In this document: positions 48,327 through 57,694 of the stretch, piece after piece
Numbering within the stretch: position 1 is the stretch's first letter
Layout: each line of letters begins with the position of its first letter
Source: an uncultured Actinomycetota bacterium
GTDB lineage: Bacteria; Actinomycetota; Thermoleophilia; RBG-16-64-13
NCBI GenBank assembly: GCA_963777945.1
Contig: CAVZSN010000009.1
Location: forward strand, 22,286-86,285
Length of the DNA stretch: 64,000 nt
Reading direction: 5' to 3'
Notes under the pieces: generated by a model
Databases searched by the model: none
Seen by the model: the letters and a program-made list of their open reading frames with translations, nothing else
Told to the model about the DNA's origin: nothing
Made by a program: the position numbers and the translations under genes

Positions 48327-48707
48327 CTACTGGGCGGGCTGAAACAGCTTGCTCACGATCTTCCATTGACCGTCGATCTTGAGCAGGTGGAAGTAGTTGA
48401 CGAAGTCCATGGTCCCGAAGAAGCCAGTCTCTTCCAGGCGGCAACTCGCCGTCAGGCCCGAGGTGTGGATATCGCGGATCTTGGCCTTGTAGGGCGCTTT
48501 GGCCTGCTCCATCGAGGGACGGCCGGCCAGATCGGCGAAGAACGGCTCGGGACTTCCCGTCAGCAGGGTATCGCCGAGATACCCGGACATGGCCGCCGCG
48601 GGGTGGAACAGGGTCTTCAGGGCCTCCACGTCGGCGATGTAGACTGCGTCGACATACCTCTCCATGAACCGCTCGACCTGGGCCTCGGGCGATTGCTCGA
48701 TGCTCAT
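48327..48707 (-). CDS. NTF2-like fold protein (putative lumazine-binding / SnoaL-like family)
   Basis: 126 aa. C-terminal FVNYFHLLKIDGQWKIVSKLF pattern. Its stop TAG (48329-48327) lies inside the Shine-Dalgarno sequence of the DUF169 gene. Confidence 0.55.
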   Translation of the reverse strand: MSIEQSPEAQVERFMERYVDAVYIADVEALKTLFHPAAAMSGYLGDTLLTGSPEPFFADLAGRPSMEQAKAPYKAKIRDIHTSGLTASCRLEETGFFGTMDFVNYFHLLKIDGQWKIVSKLFQPAQ

Positions 48708-48734
48708 TCGCTCTCTCCCTTCTGATGTGATTTC

Positions 48735-48808
48735 GTCAGACCGGCAGCAGGTGGCGGTCTGACTACCAGCTTACCGCGCGCGGGGGGCCGGGCGGAACGC
48801 CCGGCCCC
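48735..48808. other. two strong perfect hairpins in a divergent intergenic region
   Basis: The first is GTCAGACCG (48735-48743) paired with CGGTCTGAC (48755-48763), with an 11-nt loop. The second is GGGGCCGGGCG (48784-48794) paired with CGCCCGGCCCC (48798-48808), with a GAA loop. Confidence 0.5.
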
Positions 48809-48858
48809 TACTCGCGGGGATCACGCCTATACTGGGCGCGGTACAGGCAAGAGGAGGA

Positions 48859-49610
48859 ATGATCGAAACGGCGGCGAGACAATCAGGGAGCAGCAGGCCG
48901 CCGCCATCCTCGACAGAGCCGTCGAACTGGGGGCGACCAGGGCGGGGATCGTCTCGGTCGACGACCTGAGGCGCGCGCCCTCGTACGAGCTGGCAGCGCG
49001 CAGTCCCGACTTTCCGACCGTTGTCTGGCCCGAGGGAGCGCGGACCGTCTTGGTGATCGCCCTGGCGCATCCCCGCGACCAGCCCGAGCTCGACTGGTGG
49101 TCCGGGCGCATCGATCCCCCGGGGAACCGGCTGCTGGCGGCGATCGTGCGGGATCTCTGCGAGTGGATCCCCCGGACCTTCGGGATCGCCTGCGTGCATC
49201 TCCCCTACCATGTCGAGAAGGGTGGCATCTATCTGAAGGACGCCGCCATCTTGGCCGGGTTGGGGAGTATCGGCCGCAACAACCTCCTCATGGTGCCGGG
49301 ATACGGGCCTCTCGTCCGGCTCCGCGCCTTGACGCTGGACATCGCTCTGCCTTCCACAGGGCCCGCCGCACTCGACCCCTGCGCCGGCTGTCCCGCGCCG
49401 TGCCAAGCCGCGTGTCCCCGGGCCGCGTTCGACAAGAACGAGCGGGTCGAAGCGGTGCGCGCGGGGTCTGCCGGACTGCCTGGAGGCTTCTCACGCTCTG
49501 CCTGCTTCGTGCAGATGGACGCCGATATCGCGGCGGCCGGGGAGCCGGCAGTCATCAGATACTGTCGAGCCTGCGAACTGAGTTGTATCGGAGCCGCTCG
49601 CCCGGAGTAA
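48859..49610 (+). pseudogene. QueG/reductive-dehalogenase-related 4Fe-4S protein (epoxyqueuosine-reductase-like, short form); frame disruption within the first ~6 codons
   Basis: GAGGAGG is followed by ATG 48859, which is +1 relative to the long ORF frame. That frame has no canonical start between its upstream stop (48723) and 49044. LKDAAILAGLGSIGRNNLLMVPGYGPLVRLRALTLD and CAGCPAPCQAACP motifs. Confidence 0.5.
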
Positions 49611-49648
49611 AGACTCCGCCTCTCCCGGTCGATAAGGTGAATAACAGC

Positions 49649-50749
49649 GTGCACCGGGGATGGCCTCCTTTGATCGATTCCACCTATACCGACGCTGGGA
49701 TCCTCGTCATCGACGACGAGGCCCGCGACACCTGCTCTCTAGCGCATGCGCTGGAAGGTGCCGGCTACAGTCGCGTGCAGGCCTGCACCGATCCGGCGGC
49801 GGTCAGCGCCTGCCTCGAGGAGCAGACCCCCGATCTCATCGTCCTTGACGTCGACACGACCACCCGTGATGGTCTGACGGTGCTGGAGGACCTCCAGCGG
49901 CGCGTGGCGGACGATGACTTCGTTCCGGTGATCGCCGTGGGCACGGGCGACTCCACCGGCTTCAAGGCGCGGGTGATCCGGGCGGGAGCGAAGGACTACC
50001 TGGCGAGACCGGTCGACGTTCAAGAGTTCTTGGTGCGCGTGAACTCTCTGCTCGAGGTCCGCTTCATGAGCTGTCGTCTGCACGAGACCAAAGCCCTACT
50101 GGAAGAGATGCTCCGCCGACGCACTCGGGAATCCCACGAAAGCCACATGGAATTGCTCGATCGCCTTGCCCGCGTGGCCGAACTCAGGGATGACCCTGCC
50201 GGCGGACACCCGGCGCGGGTCGGCAGGCTCAGCGGCCTCATCGCCCAGGAACTCCTCCTTCCGGCCGACGAGACCAGGTTGATCATGAAGGCGGCTCCTT
50301 TGCACGACCTGGGAAACGTGGCAGTGCCGGACGAGGTTCTTCACGGAGAAGGGGCCTTCACCGACGAGCAGCGGGAGCAGATGCGTCAGCACACCTCCCT
50401 CGGTGCCTTTCTCCTGCACGGCGCCGAGAGCGAAGTCCTGCAGACCGCTGAACAGATCGCGCTCAGTCACCATGAACGCTGGGACGGCCTTGGGTACCCA
50501 AACGGGCTGGCGCGCCTGGCCGTACCTATAGCCGCCCGTATCGTGGCGGTCGCCGACGCCTTCGATGCCATGACCCATCCTCGAGCGTACAAGGAACCAT
50601 TCTCCGTCCCGCAAGCGCTCGACGAGATCAGGCGAGACAGCGGCTGGCAGTTCGACCCCGAAGTGGTGGCGGCGCTGATCCGCGTCTACGAACGCCAGCC
50701 GGGGATGCTCACCATCACCCCTCGCGCGCGGAGGAACCCCACCGGCTGA
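49649..50749 (+). CDS. response regulator with HD-GYP output domain (RpfG-like, putative c-di-GMP phosphodiesterase)
   Basis: Receiver (ILVIDDE...LIVLDVD...AKDYLARP) followed by HD-GYP signatures (PLHDLGNVAVP, SHHERWDGLGYP). Start at GTG 49649 after AAGGTGA; GTG 49637 is an alternative. Confidence 0.75.
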   Translation: MHRGWPPLIDSTYTDAGILVIDDEARDTCSLAHALEGAGYSRVQACTDPAAVSACLEEQTPDLIVLDVDTTTRDGLTVLEDLQRRVADDDFVPVIAVGTGDSTGFKARVIRAGAKDYLARPVDVQEFLVRVNSLLEVRFMSCRLHETKALLEEMLRRRTRESHESHMELLDRLARVAELRDDPAGGHPARVGRLSGLIAQELLLPADETRLIMKAAPLHDLGNVAVPDEVLHGEGAFTDEQREQMRQHTSLGAFLLHGAESEVLQTAEQIALSHHERWDGLGYPNGLARLAVPIAARIVAVADAFDAMTHPRAYKEPFSVPQALDEIRRDSGWQFDPEVVAALIRVYERQPGMLTITPRARRNPTG

Positions 50750-50842
50750 GCCAGCGCGGCTGAACCCGTGGGCCTTCGGACTACGGGTGCGGCGCAGCGG
50801 CACGGCCGGGCCTGACGGCGCCGGCCCCAGCATCCGCAGCAG

Positions 50843-50850
50843 GGTAGAAT
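50843..50850 (+). promoter_or_regulatory. candidate extended -10 element GGTAGAAT upstream of the radical SAM gene
   Basis: TAGAAT at 50845-50850, 27 nt upstream of ATG 50878. No convincing -35. Confidence 0.25.
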
Positions 50851-50877
50851 CGTCTCCTGGACTACTTTGGAGACGGC

Positions 50878-52032
50878 ATGTCAGCTGAAGGCGCTCAGTA
50901 CAGGGGATTCGAACAAGGGCCCATCCGCCCGCCGAGCGAGGCTCGGAGCCTGCTCATCAGGGTCACGCGCAACTGTCCTTGGAACCGCTGTCGTTTCTGC
51001 CCGGTGTACAAGGACACCGACTTCAGTCGCCGCCCGCTGGCGCACGTGCTCGCAGACATCGAGGCCGTGGCCGCGTGGGTGGAGACGTTCGCTCCCGAGA
51101 CAGTCAGCCGCGGAGCTGGGGCTGCAGGCGAGGATCCTGCGGCAGCATCCGGTCCCCCGCTCGATCCCGGCGCTGAGCACGCAGCCTGGGGTTGGTATCG
51201 CAACGGCATGAAGTCCGTCTTCCTGCAGGACGCCAATCCCCTGGCCGCGCCCCCGGCGGAGATGATCGCCATCTTGAGTCTGCTCAAGGAGCGCTTCCCC
51301 GGCATCGAGCGCATCACCACCTACGCCCGTTCGCGGACCGTCGCGCGGATCGACCCCGAGGATCTCGCGAAGATGCGGGCGGCGGGACTCGACCGGGTGC
51401 ACATCGGCTTTGAGACCGGCTCGGACGAGATCCTCCAGTCCATGGACAAGGGTGTGACCAAGGCCATCCAGATCGAAGGTGGGCGCAAGATCAAGGCCGC
51501 GGGAATGGAACTCTCGGCCTACTACATGCCCGGGCTTGGCGGCAAACGGCTGTGGCGAGAGAACGCCCTCGAAACGGCCGACCTCATGAACCAGGTGGAT
51601 CCGGATTTCATCCGGCTGCGGACACTGGCAGTCCCCGACCACTTGATCCTCGCGGAGGACATAGCCCAGGGGAAGTTCGAGAAGGCGAGCGACCTTGATA
51701 CCGCCCGAGAGGTGCTTCTCTTCCTCGAGAACCTCGAGGGGATCGGGAGCACGGTGGTGAGCGACCACATCCTCAACCTCACCGAGGACGTGCAGGGGAG
51801 GCTCCCGGGCGACCGGGAGCGCATGATCGCCGAACTCCGCGCGATCCTCGACCTGCCGCCGGAGGCTCAGGTGCTGTATCGGATCGCCCGTCGTGCGGGG
51901 CTGGTACGCGGACTTGCGGACCTGGACGACCCCCAGCGGTATGATCGGGCGCAGCGTCTGGTGCGCGAGCTCGACGTCACTCCGCTGACCGTGGACGCAG
52001 TCACCGACCAGATGGTCAAGCGCTTCATCTGA
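50878..52032 (+). CDS. radical SAM domain protein, uncharacterised subfamily
   Basis: 384 aa. Cluster motif RNCPWNRCRFCPVYK near the N-terminus (read from DNA as C-x4-C-x2-C). Later FETGSDEIL and a TIM-barrel-like pattern. Confidence 0.6.
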   Translation: MSAEGAQYRGFEQGPIRPPSEARSLLIRVTRNCPWNRCRFCPVYKDTDFSRRPLAHVLADIEAVAAWVETFAPETVSRGAGAAGEDPAAASGPPLDPGAEHAAWGWYRNGMKSVFLQDANPLAAPPAEMIAILSLLKERFPGIERITTYARSRTVARIDPEDLAKMRAAGLDRVHIGFETGSDEILQSMDKGVTKAIQIEGGRKIKAAGMELSAYYMPGLGGKRLWRENALETADLMNQVDPDFIRLRTLAVPDHLILAEDIAQGKFEKASDLDTAREVLLFLENLEGIGSTVVSDHILNLTEDVQGRLPGDRERMIAELRAILDLPPEAQVLYRIARRAGLVRGLADLDDPQRYDRAQRLVRELDVTPLTVDAVTDQMVKRFI

Positions 52033-52051
52033 AGAGAGAACGGAGGCTCCG

Positions 52052-53330
52052 GTGGGTTTCGAAACGGTGTTCACGATCGACGCGGCGAGCATCAAGTTCG
52101 GCAGCGGTGCGACCCGTGAGGTCGGCTACGACGTCAGGGAACTTGGCGCCCGCAGGGTGATGGTCGTCGTAGACCCGCACCTTGCTCACAGTGAGACCGC
52201 AGCCATCGTCCTCCAGTCGCTCAAGGCCGAGGGGATCGACGCGGTGATCTACGACCAGGTGCGAGTGGAACCCACCGACGTGTCGCTCAAAGAGGCCGTC
52301 GCGTTCGCGACGGCCGGCAAGTTCGACGGATATGTGGCGGTCGGCGGCGGCTCCACCATCGACACGGCCAAGGTGGCCGACCTCTACTCCACCTATCCCG
52401 CCGAGTTCCTCGAATACGTGAACGCTCCTATCGGCAAGGCCACTCCCGTGCCGGGCCCTCTCAAGCCCCTCGTCGCCATCCCCACCACCGCCGGGACTGG
52501 AAGCGAGACCACCGCGGTGGCCATATTCGACCTCTCGGAGATGCACGCCAAGACCGGAATCTCCCACCGAGCGCTGCGACCCAAGCTGGGTATCGTCGAC
52601 CCCGACAACACCCGCACGCTCCCGCGCATGGCGGTCGCCTGCACGGCGCTCGACGTGTTCTCGCACGCCATCGAATCGTTCACCGCTCTGCCCTTCGAGC
52701 AGAGGGAAGCCGCAGACAGCCCTCGTGTGCGGCCCGCCTACCAGGGCGCCAATCCGATCAGCAGCATCTGGGCGGCCAAGGCTCTCGAGATCGGCTCCGA
52801 GTACGTGGTGCGGGCGATGAACGACTCCGAGGACGACGAAGCGCGGACCCACATGATCCTCGCCTCCACCATGGCCGGTGTGGGGTTCGGCTCGGCTGGG
52901 GTGACACTCCCTCACGGCATGTCATATCCGATCTCCGGGCTGGTCCGGGACTACCGTCCCGAGGGGTACTTGAGCGACCATCCCCTCATCCCTCACGGCA
53001 TGGCGGTGATACTCGGTGCGCCGGCCGCCTTCCGCTTCATGGCCCCGGCCAATCCCGGTCCCTGTCTGCAGGCGGCGGCGCTCATCGGGGCGGATGTCCG
53101 TGGAGCCGGCCCCGACGATGCCGGCGAACTGCTCGCCCAGGCCGTCATCGAGGTGATGAAGCAGGTGGGGATGCCCAATGGACTGCGAGCGGTGGGCTAC
53201 ACGGAGGCCGATGTACCCGCGCTGGTGGAGGGGGTGTTGCCCCAGCATCGGGTGACCAAGCTGTCGCCGCAGGCCCGCGAGTGCCGACGACTTCCGCCAG
53301 CTCTTCCTCGATTCGATGACCATCTGGTAG
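52052..53330 (+). pseudogene. iron-containing alcohol dehydrogenase family (hydroxyacid-oxoacid transhydrogenase-like); single frame disruption at about 53282
   Basis: VAVGGGSTIDTAK, PTTAGTGSE and HGMSYP motifs. Dropping one base at GAG-T-GCC restores the tail ...EADDFRQLFLDSMTIW, ending at TAG 53328-53330. As written, the ORF reads into an Ala/Arg-rich run-on to 53461. Confidence 0.7.
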
Positions 53331-53447
53331 GGGGGCCTGCGCGTCCAGCCGCGCCCGCAGTCCGCGCCTGCGGCCCTGGCCCGCGCCGCGCGCCGTCGCG
53401 CCACGCGGCCGCGCGCGCTGCGCGCCCGCGCGCTCGCGCCCGCGCTG

Positions 53448-54902
53448 CTACGGCTCGATGACCGGGGCCGGCTCCTGCGGCCGCTTCGCGGCCGGCACAT
53501 CGCCGCGCGCCAGCGAGGCCAGCACGCTGAGGAACGAGAGGAACGCCATGATGCCGAAGCTGATGCGGATGGCGCTGAGCAACTCAGGGGAGTCGGCAGT
53601 CGTGAACACGTGCCGGCCCACCACCACCGCAATGATCATAGTAGCCAGGGCGATGCTCAGCGCCTGTCCGATGACCCGCATGCTGCCTACGCTGGCCGAC
53701 GCCATGCCCACATCCTTGCGTTCGACGCTACTCATGATGGCCGACTGGTTGGGCCCGGAGAAGAAAGCGTACCCCAGGCCCAGCGCGCAGAGTGCGATGA
53801 CGATCTCCCAGTAGGGCGTCTCGAAGCCCAACATCGTGAAACTGGCCAGGGCCAGGGCGCAGAGTCCCATACCGACGGAGACCACCCAGCGTGGCTGGAC
53901 CTTGTCGGCCAGCCTACCTCCAAACGGTGACATCACCGTCTGTAGAGCCACGCCGACGATCATGATGAGTCCAGCCGTCTGGGCATCGAGGCCGCGTACG
54001 AGCTGCAGATAGAGACTCATGAGAAAAGTCACGCCCCACGCAGAGGCGTAGCTGATAAGCGAGGTGAGGTTGGACAAGGCGAACAGCCGGTTGTGCCGGA
54101 ACATTCTGACCTCGAACACCGGGGACTCCACCCGGCTCTCCCACCAGGTGAAGCCCGCCATACCCAAGACCCCGATCAGCGCGAGCGCTATGCCGTGGAC
54201 GAGGGGCAGCCAGGACATCCCCAGCAGGAAGGCCGACAGCGCGAAGCCGTAGACGACGGAACCCGTCCAGTCGAAGCGGCCTGAGCGCGTGTCTTTCCAC
54301 TCGGCCCGGCGCAGCAGCACGGCGTCGAGGAGCAGGTTGAACGCGGCGAAACAGGCGCCTACAACGAACAGCCAGCGCCACCCGAGATTGTGCACGATCA
54401 CCCCACCGACGGGCGGCCCGATGGCCTGACCGAGGTAGGCGGTCATGGCCATCACGCCCATGGCGAACCCCCGGCGGGTGCGAGGGTAGGCCAGTGTCAC
54501 GGCCGCAGTGGCGCTGGCGAAGATCATCCCGCTCCCGATCCCTTGCATCACTCGAAAGACTATGAGTAGGGTGTAGGAGTCGATGAAGATGACTGCCGCG
54601 GTCCCCACGAACGCGATCGACAGTCCCGTGACGAACACCAGCCGCCGGCCGGCCGTGTCGGCGATGCGCCCGAACGGCACCAGGACGACCGCAGCTGCCA
54701 GGATGTAGCAGAGTGGGATCCAACCGAGGGCCACCGGTCCGAGGTTGAACTCGTCCTTGATGTCCGGCAGGGCGATGTTGATGGAGGAGGTCAGGAAGGC
54801 GGCGAGCACGTTGGTCATGGACATGACCAAGAGGACGTAGGCCGGCTTGACCGCGCTCGCCGCCTGGGTGCTGAAGAAGTTCGCTCTGGATCTCACTGGC
54901 AA
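53448..54902 (-). CDS. MFS transporter, DHA2 (14-TMS drug:H+ antiporter-like) family
   Basis: 484 aa, about 14 hydrophobic segments. The GRIADTAGRR motif lies between TM2 and TM3. Confidence 0.75.
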   Translation of the reverse strand: MPVRSRANFFSTQAASAVKPAYVLLVMSMTNVLAAFLTSSINIALPDIKDEFNLGPVALGWIPLCYILAAAVVLVPFGRIADTAGRRLVFVTGLSIAFVGTAAVIFIDSYTLLIVFRVMQGIGSGMIFASATAAVTLAYPRTRRGFAMGVMAMTAYLGQAIGPPVGGVIVHNLGWRWLFVVGACFAAFNLLLDAVLLRRAEWKDTRSGRFDWTGSVVYGFALSAFLLGMSWLPLVHGIALALIGVLGMAGFTWWESRVESPVFEVRMFRHNRLFALSNLTSLISYASAWGVTFLMSLYLQLVRGLDAQTAGLIMIVGVALQTVMSPFGGRLADKVQPRWVVSVGMGLCALALASFTMLGFETPYWEIVIALCALGLGYAFFSGPNQSAIMSSVERKDVGMASASVGSMRVIGQALSIALATMIIAVVVGRHVFTTADSPELLSAIRISFGIMAFLSFLSVLASLARGDVPAAKRPQEPAPVIEP

Positions 54903-54957
54903 GGCGATGCTCTCACAGCACGAGACACGGCGATAGGACGAGGCTGCGCGCGATCGG

Positions 54958-55788
54958 CTAGGACAGGATGTCCTTGCTTCTGAATCTCCAGTAGGCGAGG
55001 CCGGTCGTGCCGACGATCCACACGGCGAACGTGATGAGGGCCTTGATGATCGGGTCCCAGTCCACGGGCGAGCTCAGGAAGTTCGTCCACGCGTCCCAGC
55101 GGCTGGGGAACATGTAGGGCCTGAGGAAATCGAACACCTCGAAGGCGCCGAGAGCCTCCATGATGATCACCAGGATGAGCGCGGCCGCGACCGCCGTGAG
55201 GCTGGAGTCGGTGAGGGTCGAGAAGAGCACGGCCAGCGACACGACGCACACCATGCCGACGAACACGAAGAGGTACGAGGCCACGGCCAATCCGAGCGCG
55301 TGCCCTACCCCGATCTCTTGGCCGGTGAAGAGTCGCACCGGGTCGAGGCCGAACACCGACCCGCCGGCGATGAGGGCGGCAAGGCCGAGGATCGCCAGGC
55401 AGATGGCCACGTAGATGTTGGCCGCCCCCCACTTCGCCATCAGGAGCGCCCCGCGCCGGATGGGCTGCATCAGCGTGGTCCGCAGGGTGCCCTTCTCCGC
55501 CTCCCCGGCCACGGTGTAGCTGCCGGCCATGGAGGAGAGGAGGGGGAGAAAGAAGGTCGCCATCGCCATGAGCACCGCCACCAGCAGGTACATCCCGTTG
55601 TCGCGGATCTGAGTGAAGATCATCTGGCCGACGTCGGGTGCGCCGCCGGCGCCCTGCCCATGCGGGCCGCCTTCGGCGAAGCGGAAGGCGAGCATCATGA
55701 GGAAGGGGATGACGAACAGGCCCGCCCACCCGATGTAGGTGCGCTTCTGGAAGAGGGTCTTGACGAATTCCCGGCGGAGTGCGCTCAT
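54958..55788 (-). CDS. ABC-2 type transporter permease
   Basis: 276 aa from MSALRREFVKTLFQKRTYIGW, six hydrophobic segments. ATG 55788 overlaps the ATPase stop (ATGA). Confidence 0.65.
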   Translation of the reverse strand: MSALRREFVKTLFQKRTYIGWAGLFVIPFLMMLAFRFAEGGPHGQGAGGAPDVGQMIFTQIRDNGMYLLVAVLMAMATFFLPLLSSMAGSYTVAGEAEKGTLRTTLMQPIRRGALLMAKWGAANIYVAICLAILGLAALIAGGSVFGLDPVRLFTGQEIGVGHALGLAVASYLFVFVGMVCVVSLAVLFSTLTDSSLTAVAAALILVIIMEALGAFEVFDFLRPYMFPSRWDAWTNFLSSPVDWDPIIKALITFAVWIVGTTGLAYWRFRSKDILS

Positions 55789-56763
55789 CGCACCCCTCCT
55801 TCTACTCCGGACGTGAGCTCGAGGAACATGTCCTCGAGGCCCTGCTCGATGGCCGGGACCACGGCCAGGATGTCCACGTCGGCGGCGACCAGGCGGCGCA
55901 CCATCTCGGGTACGAAGCCGTCGCCGGACTCCACCACGAGGTAGCCCTCGTCCTCCCTGACCCCTCCCGGAGACGTCATCTGCCGGAGGATCTCCAGAGC
56001 TCGGGTCTGGTCGCCGGTGAGCACCTTGACCGCGTGGCTGGCCGGCCGCAGCTCGGAGACGGGTCCCTGGACCACCACCCTGCCTTTGCTCATGATCACC
56101 GCTCGGTTGCAGACCAGTTCCACCTCGTGGAGGAGGTGCGACGACAGGAAGACCGTGGTGCCGCCTGCTCCCAGCTGGCGGATGAGTTCGCGCACGTCCT
56201 TCATCCCCTGGGGATCCAGCCCGCTGGTGGGTTCGTCCAGGACGATCACGTCGGGGTTGTGGATCAGGGCCAGGGCGATGCCCAGGCGCTGGCGCATCCC
56301 GTGGGAGTATCCCCCCACCTTCGAGGTAGCCCGGTCGGCGAGCCCCACCATCTCGAGCACTTCGGAGATGCGCTCTTCGGTGACGTGCCCGTTCATCTCC
56401 GCCAGCATCCGCAGGTTGCGCCGGGCCGTCATGTTGCCGTAGAACATGGGGTCGTCGACGAAGCCCCCCAGGTGGCGCAGGGCGCTCAAGGCGATCGTCG
56501 GGCACCTTGTGGTCCAGCACGCGCACGTAGCCGCTGGTGGGGTAGATGAGGCCGAAGATCATGCGGATGGTCGTGGTCTTTCCGCATCCGTTGGGACCGA
56601 GGAAGCCGAACACGTCTCCGCGGCATACGCGCAGGTCGAGGTTGTCGACGGCGCGAAGCCTCTTGAAATCCTTGGTGAGGCCATGAGTGGAGAGGACGAC
56701 CGGGCGGCCTTCGCAGACCTCTAGTCTTCCATCCTGGGCCGGGTCGAACCTTTCGGCGGACAA
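55785..56763 (-). pseudogene. ABC transporter ATP-binding protein (ABC-2 partner), one frame disruption near 56490
   Basis: AAAGGAG RBS, then TTG 56763. Walker A GPNGCGKTT is in the frame of ORF 54958..56763. YSHGMRQRLGIALALIHNPDVIVLDEPTSGLD is in ORF 55785..56489. Confidence 0.7.
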
Positions 56764-56920
56764 GGTAGCTCCTTTGCACTCATGCGTAGCTCGTGGGCAT
56801 TCTGCGCAGAGCGTATGTTACTTGCTTCTGCGGCGCCGGGTCACGCCAACATGGCCGCTGCTCGGCAGAGGAGGCGGAGAGCGGGAGCCGTGGTGGCTGC
56901 GAAAATCCTCTGTCCCCGGT

Positions 56921-57479
56921 CTACCAGCCGATCCCGAAGTAGCGGCGGGTCGGTCGGAGGAGGGTCAGGACGACTATCGCCGATCCCGAGGAGCCCCATG
57001 CCGATCTGCATGCCGATGCCGGCCCCAGGGAGGTAGCCCAGCATCGCCACCTCGGCGATGATCCAGATGACCAGTCCTCCACCGGATGCCAGCGAGAGCC
57101 ACCACGCCGGCTTCCACCGACGCAGGAGCCCGGCCCATACAAAGAGCGCAAAGATGCCTACCACCACGAGCAGAATGATCCCGGGGATGAGGTAGTCCTT
57201 GAACGGACTGCCTTCCAGCATGCTGAGCGGCATGCCGATATTGTCGATGGGGTCGCGTACCAGTCCGATACCGCCCGCGATGGCGCCGATGGCCTGGATG
57301 GCCGTCAGCACGAGGAGGGCGACGACGGTGCCCGGCCGCCTGCGGCTTTGCGCGGCGCCATGCTTGCCGGACCCGCCGGTCTTGCTCGCGGCGCCGTGCT
57401 TGCCGGGCGTTCCGCCGGACTTCTTCGATCGGTTCTTACTCTTCTTGGAGATGGCGGCCTCCGTTCGGGCGCGGATCAC
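56921..57479 (-). pseudogene. hypothetical membrane protein with a basic Lys/Gly-rich N-terminus; possible frame disruption near 56978; start uncertain
   Basis: TM segments GTVVALLVLTAIQAIGAIAGGIGLV, LIPGIILLVVVGIFALFVWAG and WWLSLASGGGLVIWIIAEVAMLG are in ORF 56841..57611. An alternative C-terminus GIGIVVLTLLRPTRRYFGIGW is in ORF 56921..57151. Confidence 0.35.
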
Positions 57480-57511
57480 TGGTGAGCGCACGGGATGCGG
57501 CAACGTGGCGC

Positions 57512-57519
57512 ATTCTACC
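57512..57519 (-). promoter_or_regulatory. candidate extended -10 element GGTAGAAT (minus strand) upstream of the membrane-protein gene
   Basis: The + strand reads ATTCTACC. This is the same octamer as at 50843-50850. Confidence 0.2.
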
Positions 57520-57650
57520 GCGCCGGATTCGGAAAATGGGAGCGTTTCGTCTGCCGGTACCCAAGAATGCTCCCTCAAGTCATGGAACCTTACCGGCCGT
57601 GGGGCTATCATAGAGCTAACAGTGTTCGGAGAGTCGCGCAGCGTTTAACT

Positions 57651-57665
57651 GAACATATCATGTTC
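57651..57665. promoter_or_regulatory. candidate TetR operator: inverted repeat GAACAT-ATC-ATGTTC
   Basis: Lies 30 nt upstream of the tetR ATG. The half-site TGTTCGGA recurs at 57623-57630 and 57661-57668. Confidence 0.4.
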
Positions 57666-57694
57666 GGAAAACCCTGATGAGGGAAGGGATAGGC

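Noticed and set aside
54958-56763. 601-aa ORF spanning the ABC ATPase and the permease.
   Set aside because: It is a composite. It starts with the ATPase N-terminus in frame, continues with about 225 codons of out-of-frame ATPase sequence, and ends with the permease, which happens to share the frame. The true genes are 55785..56763 (one shift) and 54958..55788.
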